A stretch of DNA of 64,000 nt from Paragordius varius (lineage: Eukaryota > Animalia > Nematomorpha), in assembly GCA_964247055.1 (NCBI GenBank), contig OZ176051.1, positions 11,160,001 through 11,224,000 on the forward strand, written 5' to 3'. The notes beneath the pieces were generated by a model. The model was not told the DNA's origin. It ran no database searches and worked only from the letters and a program-made list of their open reading frames with translations. A program made the translations under genes and the position numbers. Each line of letters opens with the position of its first letter. Within the stretch, counting starts at the first letter, position 1. This document shows positions 36,845 through 47,950 of this stretch, in pieces.

Positions 36845-36965
36845 AAATCGTTTAAATAATTACAATAAGCGCTGGATATGTGAATCTATAGAGATTATAT
36901 CAAATCCTAGACTCGATCGTGAAGACGGCACAGTTATATCGTCCATTTGGTACCTCCTAGTACAC
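36845..36965 (+). mobile_element. 3' end of a Penelope-like element
   Basis: NKRWICESIEIISNPRLDREDGTVISSIW resembles the GIY-YIG C-terminus; nearly identical to 54625-54750. Confidence 0.7.
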
Positions 36966-37477
36966 CCACAATATTATTTGTAAAGACTACAACTGTTGTT
37001 TTTACAGATTACATTAAATTTCCTAAGAGCATACACATAAATACATTTACCATTAAAACAATTACAAATTTACCTTTTTATATTGTCATTATTTCTTAGT
37101 TTTTTATTTAATTTTTTCATCTCAGTTTTTATCTCATAAAGTTTAGCCAATATAAATATTATTATTATATTTATAATAATGGCTCATATACCCTGAATTT
37201 ATTAATAATTTTTATTATAATTTATTAAGCGGGGACAATGTATGTTTAACTTATATATGTATAAAATTCGTTGTGAGGATGTCTATTTTTTATGGGTAAT
37301 ATAAAATTAACCTATGTATGCCAACAAAATTTGAAGGTTTTAAACGTTTTTTTGTTTATTTTTATTCGAATCGCGAGTGACAAAATCAATATTTGCAATA
37401 TGGAACGTTACTACACATTAAAAATTTGATATTTTATCATATATGACAAAAATATTCCTTCCTTGTCAAATTTTAGC

Positions 37478-37559
37478 ATGTTGATATTAAGCTTTTTAAA
37501 TTTTATAATATTTATTGCCTTTTCTTTCACACTATTAATCTTCCTATTCGAGTACAAGG
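37478..37559 (+). CDS. Carbohydrate sulfotransferase copy 1, exon 1 (type II membrane anchor)
   Basis: MLILSFLNFIIFIAFSFTLLIFLFEYK, phase-1 donor G|GTATGT that joins exon 2 to form Asp (G+AC); sequence conserved in copy 2. Start codon may lie on a further upstream exon. Confidence 0.75.
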
Positions 37560-39167
37560 GTATGTACACTATTTCTAACTCTTTTTAATTAATTTATGAC
37601 AACACTAACTATACATTTATTGGGAATTTTTTATGCAATTTTTATTTTAAGTAAAGTGATAATTCGAAAGTATATTTAATTTTCAAAAGATTAATATTTA
37701 CATCTCGAAACCATATTACGCTATTTGTTCATATTGCATACCTTTATATCATATTTTTTACTTAAATGCATAAAGTATCAAATTTATATCTAACTTAATA
37801 AATTTTATAATGTTTATAATTGTATACCACCCTTACCTTGATATTTTAACAGTTAAATGGAAATAACTCACTTGTTTCCTTTAATAGTTTGATACATTGA
37901 GATTGAAAAATTTAATACTTTTTATTATATTACAATCATATCAAATAATAAGAATATTCTAAGGTTGTATTTAAATATTTTAATATACTGGGCATGAGTC
38001 GAGACTAACAGTAATTACAACCTATTTTTGAAATAAACCGAAACCGGGCTACCATTTTCTAATTTTTTTAACCAATCCAGTTATATTTTAAAACCAGCTC
38101 TAGTAGTTTTATGTTTAATAACAGCTAATTTAAATTTTCGGCCAAGTCTTCATGATATAATTGCCATCAAAAGTAGAAAACAAGCTATGTTCAATCATAT
38201 ATAAAAACATAACGTAATGTAAATATTAACTTTGAAACATTAATAACAAAATTAGGGTCAAATCTGACAAGTTATGAATGCATTCACGTCCGGACTTCGC
38301 CCGTTTTCACAAATTAAATTGAAAACTTTCATATATTTATCACATAAGATGAATGGTCTCCTCAAATCGTAAGGGCAATATTTGAATTTTATCTATTTCA
38401 AATTGCAATTATTACTAACATTAAAAAAAGCATTGATTATAATTAAGTTAAAAAATTGGCATTTGTGGTACCGATTGGCCGTTATGATTGCTTTCAAAAG
38501 TCAAATGTTTCTTTAACTACTCGAAAACCAAACCTAATAACATCCCATAAAATATCCTTATGTTAGAACCATTTTTTAATAAAATGATATTTTCTAATAA
38601 TTTTAATTTGGCCAAGATGCATTTAATAAAACATACATATAAACAAATTTAACATAATCCAATTTATTTTAAATATCTATAAAAAAACAATCGGTTATAT
38701 ATCCGTAAATACGTATGCCATAAATGATAAATTAAATTAAATTTGAAAATAATCCAATATAAAATCATAATGAATAAGATATGTACAATTTTTTGAGTTT
38801 TAATAAATACAACTATATTATAATATGAATTAATTAATACTAAACATCTAAAATTATGCGGTCATGGTCAACGCTAATTACACATTTGAAAGCTTTGTTT
38901 GTTCTTTGTTGATATGTACAAAATTAAAACAGATTGATTATTATGAAGAAGGGTATGGAAAGCGTTATAACTAACATATGTTTCTTTATTTGGATTTGAA
39001 AAATATATTAATATTTTGACCCTGTTACACCTAAAATAAATTATCAATATATATATATAAATAATGATATATTCAAGTTGAGGAAAATTTGGAGAAAATG
39101 CTTAAAGGTGGTAATTTTTTTCAAATATTAAATTTGATGCGTGTTTAATCATTTTTATGATGTATAG

Positions 39168-40408
39168 ACTTGCTCAACAAATATGTCCATACATCATACA
39201 ATCAAACCTTAGGTTTATACACGCAACAATTAAGATCTTTGGTAACCTATGATACCACAGAGACGGCAATAAACTACACAGCATTTGTAACTTCCATGAA
39301 TGATATGACGAGTATGGATGAAAGATCATGGCGAAATTTTGTATGCAATAATATTGACCGGCTTTCAAAAAATCGTAATGATTATTCTGATTCCATGCAT
39401 TTAATCGGTAATTTTGGTCCCTGGTCTCGAAACATCCTATTTAACTCTTTATACTCGATTATAATGTCGTTCAAAAAAAACTACTTTGTAACTGAAGATT
39501 ATATGATGAAATACAATAAAAAAGTGTTGTATTGTTATGTGGCAAAAGCTTCATCCACCGCTTGGAAAAGTTTAATAGCCTTATCTCAACATCCCACCTT
39601 AGAAACATCACTACAACACTTGAAAGCTAATAAGAGTTTGGGGCTTATTACTCAAAACTACCCGTATATTAGATTAAATAACAATGTAAATAGTAAAGGT
39701 TATTCTTCCAACACGACTGATCTAAAGGAGGGAGATGTAGGTTTTAGTTTTGCTTTTGTTCGACATCCGCTTCACCGTATACTTTCGGCTTATCGAAGTA
39801 AATTTTGTTGGAAAAACCGCTATTTCCAACAACGGTATGGGGATTACATTAAAATGACTGTTAACATGGGGAATTTTATAAATTTTTCGTCACCACTAAC
39901 TTATGTTAAATCAACATCCAATATTAGTTTAGCGGAATTTATTCATTTTGTAGTGAATATTGAGACAGCGTATCCCAAAAGTAAATACTCATTTTTAATG
40001 AATCAACACTGGGCACCTATAGTCGATACATGTAATCCGTGTGCTTACAATTACGATTTTATCGGTAAACATGAAAATCGTCTACAAGATATACCCTACA
40101 TCCTTAAAAGGACGAGATGGGATAACTTACCATTTAATCCTTTTTATTTGGTTAGCCATGAGGCGCCGAAATACGCGACAACATTGTCTCCCAATTATAA
40201 TGATGTGCTTGATGATCTAAAATCATTAACAAACACCCAAAGTTTTCGAGATTACGATGCGAAAGATCAGGAAATTATCGATCAAATTCCAAACGAATTG
40301 TTGAAGAAGTTGGTTTATCTATTTAGATATGATTACGCTTTGTTTTACCCGAAAGATCCATTATTCCTTAAAGAATTAAACAGTAATCCCGATTTATTAA
40401 CAAATTAA
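39168..40408 (+). CDS. Carbohydrate sulfotransferase (Sulfotransfer_2 / CHST11-14, HNK-1ST-like) copy 1, catalytic exon
   Basis: 5'-PAPS motif YCYVAKASSTAWK, 3'-PAPS motif FAFVRHPLHRILSAYRSKF, NQHW...CNPCAYNYDFIGKHE, C-terminal YDYALF; TGTATAG acceptor. Confidence 0.92.
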
Positions 40409-41431
40409 ACTAAAAAACATAGAGATTGGAATAATTTATGTAAAATTTCAAGCATTTGATTAATTTATTGTAACATATTTGCCTTTATATATTTAGCCAA
40501 TCTACAAAACACTTATGTGTTTAATAAATTTAATTTAATATATGACATGGTATTTAGTGAGGATTTTCCTACAGACTGGTTCATGTTACAAACCGAATAT
40601 TTAAAATTTAAAGAACTAAATTTAGTTTGAAACACAATATATTTAACCAGTCTCAGTAGCTTCATCAATCTTAATCATGGATCCATATAAATATTATTAT
40701 TGAACAACTACAAAAACTTTACTATGCTAAAACAAATTGTTATGGGCCATTAGTGTGTGTCGTATTGACTTATTTTAAAATTTGACTGCATGATTAAAAA
40801 TTGTTGGCCTTTGCAATTTTACCTAAACATTTCTTCTCTAGTTGACAGATTAAGTATAAGGGTGAAATGGTGATATATTAATAGTATGATATTTTATAGT
40901 ATTAACACTGATATAGCATTAGGTTTTTAACTTTTAATCCAAACACCATTTAATTAAACTATATATCTATCCATCATTATTTCTCATTTATTAGATGATA
41001 TTCGCATATATAAAATTCACCGGAATTTTGGCAAAAGATAGTAAAGGAGTTAATTGGTAGAAGTTCTAAAAAGAAATAACTGCTCAAGAAATTTTTTTAG
41101 TGTATGGGGAAGTAAAATTTGGCTTAATTTTCATACCATGAACAATAGCATTTATAAGATATTGGTAAACTACAATTTAACAGGTAATTAAAAGATTTTT
41201 ATGTAGGTGTCAAAGTGTTACGGCTAGCTGATAATTTTTAAGCGCCCCCCAAATTTTCGTATAACTTATCCATTCAAATTAGTCTTATATACCATAAGAA
41301 ATGAATTATCAAGGGTAATCATAAAACTTTACCGTTTTTTTGATAAAAAATCAGGTAATCTCGAAGGAAAATCAATCATTTAATTAATTTAGAATATTGT
41401 CCATCTCTAATCATTTCGCCAATTTCTCAGA

Positions 41432-42038
41432 CTATTTGCACAAGAGTGTTCCTGAACATTTCAAGTTGGTCCTTGAACACTTCGAGTTGGTCTTTTGTAC
41501 ATTTCAAATCGGTCCATGAACATTTCATGTTGGTCCTTGAACATTTCAGGTTGGTCCAAACAATTTTAAGTTTGGATTTAACCATAATTTTTGCCTTTAT
41601 TTTATTATTTTTAACCCATTTTTATGAATTTGCTTATTAATAAAAATTTGTATTCAAACCTTTTTTGTAAACTAATTTTTTCCAATTTAACCAAATTATT
41701 AATTTATTAACGTTTTTGAATGAAAAATTGTAATTTATAACCCAGAAAACTTTTATTTTTTTGATTACCTGTTAAAATTTCATTAAAATTAATAATATTT
41801 TTTAAGAACCTAATAAAGTAAGGTTTCTGAATGGTTAAAAATTGTTATTGATTTAAAGTTTACATTAAATAAAAAAAAGAGGTTTAAAATGATAAAATGG
41901 ATGAATATTTCACGATTTGATTGATAAAAGTTAAAAACCTAATAAAAACAAATTACCATCTTGAAGTGTTAAAGGACTAACTTGAAGTCTTCAAAGACCA
42001 ACTTGAAATGTTAAAGGATTAACTTGAAGTGCAAATGG
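41432..42038. mobile_element. MITE, CCATTTRCAC family
   Basis: Inverted TTCAAGTTGGTCCTTGAACA arrays; right end GAAGTGCAAATGG|TA; left end degenerate. Confidence 0.7.
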
Positions 42039-43115
42039 TATATGAATGGCATTACATAATAGCCGATTGAATTTTGTGACATTAGTCAGGCCATTTTCCA
42101 ACGTCTTCCAAATTATTGAATTGCTGCTCTGAGGGCCTGTGCCTGATAGATAGAGGTAATAATGGCGTTAGATAAAAGAGTATGGCGGATGTGGAGGAAT
42201 TCCCCATCGAAGCTATTTAAAGGTGTTTCTGGTTTAGCAATGTGAGAATAGCCAATTAACAAAATTTCTTTGCCATGTCTTCTAGTTAATTTCCGTTTTT
42301 GAATACGGCATGGTTTCATTTGGTGCCGATAGCGTTGTGTATAAACGGTTTCACTTGGCTTTAAATAATAAGAGTGCTCTGGTTCCCAGAGAATGCTTCT
42401 TAAGCGTGTGCTTGGTATTGATATACCGGCTTGGGAAGCCAGAATTTATTCCCCTTTGGATCGACAGGACCACTCTTTCCTCGTCACAATGCGATCAAAA
42501 AATGATTTGCTTTCACGACAGGATTTTACAATCCTCTTGGTGATTTTTAATTTGACGTTCATTCGAATGGTGTTATAACCATTATCAAGTTTATTGGTCG
42601 TTACCAATGCTCGAAATATGCACTGATTGTATTTTGTGGCCATCTAATACTTCTGCCAATTACCGTTGAATCCGAGTTGAATCATAATCCAATAATTCTG
42701 TCTTTTATCGTATTCTAAATTATGTGGCTCTTTCGAATTGAGATAACTTTCATCGAAACCAGGTTTACATGTGTTTATTGATGAGGCATGTTTACCGTGT
42801 TGACAGCAAACAATGACCTTCAACAGCCTGTTTCTTGTAAGAGAGAAATGCATCTGCAGTTAATCTTTTTCAGCCAAAAAATTTGACATGATTATTGAAT
42901 GATATAAATAAGACTCTAATTTTTTCCAGCTCAATCTGTTTTTTTGTCGTTTATCAGATGAATAAAATGGCGTCTAGTCTAATTAATCTGCTTCGTATTT
43001 TTCGGTGAAGTCGTCTCTTAACTGAAGACTTTACAAATTAAATTTAATTATCAAGTATAATCATGCTATAGAATATAATCATTTATTTTTGGCAATAATT
43101 ATAGTTATCTATATC

Positions 43116-46100
43116 TAAAGTAACCAGACGTCCCGCTTTTGGCGGGACAGTCCCGCTTTTTCACACTTTGTCCCGCGTCCCGCTACGTTTTTAAAATGTC
43201 CCGATTTTTCACGATTGTATAAAAAAAATTTTTTAAATACAAATAAATTTTATTTATCCGTTTAAATTTTTTATCATTAAATAACTTTAAAATCTATATA
43301 ATTATTAAATTAAAATTTTTTATTTTTAAATTAAAGATATTTATTTTTTTCGAATTTATATCATATGATTATACACTTTCCTTCCTACTACTACTGTCAT
43401 TATTATTAAAAAGCCAAGTTAATACCACAATTCTCTAGATTAAAAGACAAATTAATACCACAAATCGGTAGCTACGTTTATTTCAGATTAAGGTAATATA
43501 ATATTACTATGCTAATATTTTAGTTTTATTACTTGCTAACATATCAAAAAGCCAAATTAATACCATAAATCGGTAGCTTAAAAGACAAATTGATACAACA
43601 ATTCGGTACCTTACACGTTTATTCCAGAAAATTAAGGTAATATAATATTCATTATACTAATATTTTGGTTTTATTACTTCCCAACATTATTAAAAAGCCA
43701 AATTAATATCACAAATCGGTAGCTTAAAAGACAAATTGATACCACAAATCGGTACCTTACACCTTTATTCCAGAAAATTAAAGTATATAATATTATTATA
43801 CTAATAGTAGTTTATAAATATGAGCACAAAAAGAGGTTGTAAATTCAACGATGAATTAATGAAAGATTTTCCTTTTATTAAAAGAACGAAGAATGAATCA
43901 TCTGTTAAATGTCTTGTATTCGAGGGGGAATGCACCCTAGCAAATGACGCATGATATTACAAAGCATATGGAAACGCAGAAACATAAAAAATGGTTAGAT
44001 ATGGCGGCATCATCTTACAAAATGAGCGATTTTTTTCGAAAAACCGTTTTTGGAGAGGAAGAAAAGAATTTGGCACTAGCTGGGGGCCTGTTATTTTTTC
44101 ACGCCGTTAATCACAATCATTCCTTTAGATCTATGGACTGTACCTCACAGGTTATTCTCACGTTATTCCATAAAAAATTTACATGTGCCCGTACAAAGGC
44201 TGAAGCCATTGTGTGCAATGTCCTTACGCCATATGCATTTTCTGAAATACAAAAAGATTTGCTGAATTAATTTCTTATCCTTATACTCTGATGCATCAAA
44301 TCACCATGAAAGAAAATTATTTCCCCCTTAAATTTTCATTCAGAAACCGGAGTAAAAATTAAAATTTTAGATTTAATTTCTGTACCCGGTGAAAATTCCG
44401 AAATAATATTTACTTCAATAATGCATATTCTAGAAAAAAATAATTTAAAAGAACAAAATTATCGCATATTGCGCTGACAACACCTATACGAACTTCGGTG
44501 GAAAAGCAAGTACGGGAACGAATAATATTCAAAATTAGCAGATAATCTTAATCAAAACATTATTGGCGTTGGGTGTGCAGCGCATATAATACGTAACGCT
44601 ATTCAAACAGCTGCTGATTTGTTACCCCTAGATGTGGAAAATGTAGTTGTTAAAATATATTCCTATTTTTATATATACACAGTACATGTTGAAACGCTTA
44701 AAGAATTCTGTGAAAATGCAGAAGTTCAATATCAAAAAATGCTTGGATATTGTAAAACTCGTTGGTTAGCTTTTATGCCAGCTATCGAAAGAATTTTAAA
44801 AATGGATGATCCTTTAAAATCTTTTTTTTACCTCAGGACAAATGTCCTACAACTTTAAAGTTTTTTGAAAGTGATTTTTAAAAAATATGGTTAGAATTCT
44901 TACATAATCAAGCTTCTCTTTTTCAAAATGTTATTAAATTTAGAAGATGACAAAATTTCGGCAATCGAAGTAGCCAATGAAGTTAGTGACCTAAAATTCC
45001 AATGTCAAGAACGGTTAGAAAATAATTTTATACCATTAACCATCCGCAATATAATAAATAATTTAGAAAAACAAGGCTTAATAAATCGCCAAGATATCCT
45101 GTCCCATATAAAAATGTTTTATACAAACTGTAAAGATTATTTGGAAGACTGGACGACGCAATTCAATGAAATTGATCATTTTCATTGGATAACATTAAAA
45201 TCAGAATTTAATTGGTGCGATGTTCAAAAATCATTTGATTATATCTGCTCCCAAAAATTCTCAAAAAGTAATCTTTCAGAAAATGATCTTTTTTCTGAAG
45301 TATCAATAGTTAAAAGATATATTAATAATGAAAAACTTAAATTATGGACAAAAGAAAAATATACAGTAGAAAAGAAATGGTTGGAAATATTTGATCATTT
45401 TGAAGCCAACTATATTACATACAATAATATTTTAAAAATTGTGGAATTCGCACTATCTTTACCTGGAACCAACGCTGCTACTGAGCGCGTTTTTTCCACA
45501 GTAAATCAGGTGTGGACATCGGAAAAATCGAATTTAAATGTTGAAACTTTTAAGGCCGTTTTATCTGTCAAATATAATTTGACAAATTCTTGTGAAGACT
45601 TCTACAATATTTTAAAAAATGATGTCAATCTGCTTAAACGCATTCACTCAAACAAAAATACCAAAAAATAAAATATTTTCTTATATTTATAAAGTATGTT
45701 AAAAAATAAACAAAATTACTTAAAATATTGTATGAGTCTTCATAATTTGTCAAATTATATTTGAACACATAAAATGGCTTTTATTCAACATTTAAATTTG
45801 ATTCCGTGTCTTTACTTAATTTACTGTGGAAAAACGCGATAGCAGTGGTTCAGGTAAAGATAATGCAAATTCTACAAGTAAAATATTATTGTATGGAACA
45901 TAATTTGTTTAAAAATGATTATTTTAACCATTTCTATCCTACGTATTTTTTTCTGTTGTCCATAATATAAGTTTTCATTCAATATATTTATTAAATAATG
46001 AGACTTCATAAAAAAGTGTCATTGTGCACCGTCTTGTATTCCAAATAATCGTTTCTGTTTGTATAAAACATTTTTATATTCTGGCTATTCATTGAGCCTT

Positions 46101-46703
46101 GTTTTTATGGATGCTTTATAATATTGCGATTAGGTAATAGTATAAAATTATTTTCTAACCTTTTTGACTTGGAATTTTGACCTTTGTCCTGTGATAAAAA
46201 ATAGGATTCTAGGAGATCACATTTTTATAAATATTTCAATAGCTGGCAAAAGAGCAAACCAACAGTTTTACAATATCCAAGCATTTTAACATCTATATTT
46301 TCCACATCCAGGGGTAACAAATCAGTAGCTGTTTGAATAGCGTTGTGTATCTGCCAATAATGTTTTAATTAAGATTATTCGCTAAATTGTTAAAAATATT
46401 TTTTGTGCCGCTTCTTGCATCACCCAGCGCACTTTGTGATGATTTCGTCTTTTTTATTTTTTTCTAGAATATTACAATCACTTCACCCTTTGTTCGTGCA
46501 CATGTAAATTTATTGAATAAGGTACAAACAACCTGTAAGGTACAAATTTTTTTATATTTATAATGTATTTGTGTTAAAAATAAATAAATATTACAATGAA
46601 TTTTTTGTATAAAAATTTTTGGTTGTACCCCCCAATGAACCCCCCCCCCCCCCTTTGTCTCAGATTTGTCCGGCTTCTTCCTTCAAAAAATCTGGTCACC
46701 TTA
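43116..46703 (+). mobile_element. hAT transposon, Blackjack-like, decayed transposase
   Basis: Termini TAAAGTAACCAGACGTCCCG / TCTGGTCACCTTA (resemble MER81/MER94-type TAGGGTGACCA ends as recalled); GTCCCG subterminal motifs; flanks TCTATATC and TTCTACGA do not form a clean TSD. Confidence 0.85.
43820..45671 (+). pseudogene. hAT transposase pseudogene (frameshifted)
   Basis: MSTKRGCKFND..., DASNH, DNT.TNFGG, GC.AHII.NAIQTA, KTRWLAFMPAIERIL, LSLPGTNAATERVFS (hAT dimerisation motif) spread over several frames. Confidence 0.85.
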
Positions 46704-47950
46704 TTCTACGATCTTAGAGAAGAAACAAAAAAACATATAAATATGCATGAGAATCAATTATCTGAAATGAAACAAATTCTACGATTTGATTATCAAACAA
46801 TAAACTTTATGACAAAACACTGTTCCCTGATTTCGATGAAAGAAGAGGAGGAGCCCTGAGTCTGTGACAAAAATAAGAACTGTTTTCAGATTTCATGCAG
46901 ATCCCGGGAATCAAATTACTATTAAGCTAGTTTTTGGGTGAACTTTTTAACAAATCTCATATCTTAATGTATGCAAGCCTCAAAAATTTAAAGTCAATCA
47001 GTATCTTATGTGATTCTTGTCAAATGAAAATTTGTATAAAAACTATTATTTTATCATAAAAAAAATGTGTAAATAAACTTTAATTTATTTATTATCATAA
47101 AATGTGAATTAGATTGTCATAATAATTTAGGAATTCTTCCGATTCTGTGCGATCTTTAATGACAACGTTTCCTGTAATATTTAAATCATAGAAGTTTTCA
47201 TATCTATTGCTTTTATCTGATCTATCTCATAATAATTCTTTGTTACTGTCAACAAATCTTTTTGAAGATTTTTATAGGCTTCTTTTTTTGAATTACAACA
47301 TACGGCACTATAGATTTATTTAAAACTATGGGATATCTAAAAGATTAAATATTATTAAATTACTTTATTTAGGTATACTTATATCGGTTTTAGGCATGGT
47401 TTAAGGAAACTCGAGAGTCAATCAGATGTGTTATTTATATGAATTATAAGGAAACCCTTAAAGTGAGCATAGGAAACACTTAAAGGGTTTCCTTTTTTTT
47501 ATTCACTCCACCCATTATCTTCTCTACAAATTAATAGTATTCTCTCAACGTTTCTATATCCTTGAAATCCTTCTTTGATTTCGATTTTTAATATATAATT
47601 AGAACAACTGCGCTTTTAAAATCAAGAAAAAACTATCCAATTATGATTTAGGCATTTAAGATTAATATTTCTCTTTCTATCATATTGGGTAATTAACAAA
47701 ATATCCAAACAATAAGCGAATTTGATATACATTTAATACCGTAAAAAAGATTAGACAAAATATATATTTATGATTGTCCAATATCATAGAATTATTATGA
47801 AGTAAATTTTAATTCACCGACATAGACCATTCATGTTTATCTGTAATGGGGATTTATATGTATATTAAAATATTTTTGATTTAATTATATTTAAACATGT
47901 AAAATAGGGTAAAAATATTTATTTTTAGCTCACTTACAGTAGCGTATGGT

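Larger units (their letters stand above)
36845..43960 (+). repeat. Direct segmental duplication, copy 1 (paired with 54625-64000)
   Basis: Collinear similarity from the Penelope tail through the sulfotransferase gene, MITE and into the Blackjack hAT; the partner runs off the window end. Confidence 0.9.

Noticed and set aside
41446-41640. ORF MFLNISSWSLNTSSW...
   Set aside because: Same 21-bp repeat artefact.
46596-46859. 87-aa ORF spanning the hAT right end
   Set aside because: Crosses a TIR/flank junction through a poly-C tract; chimeric.
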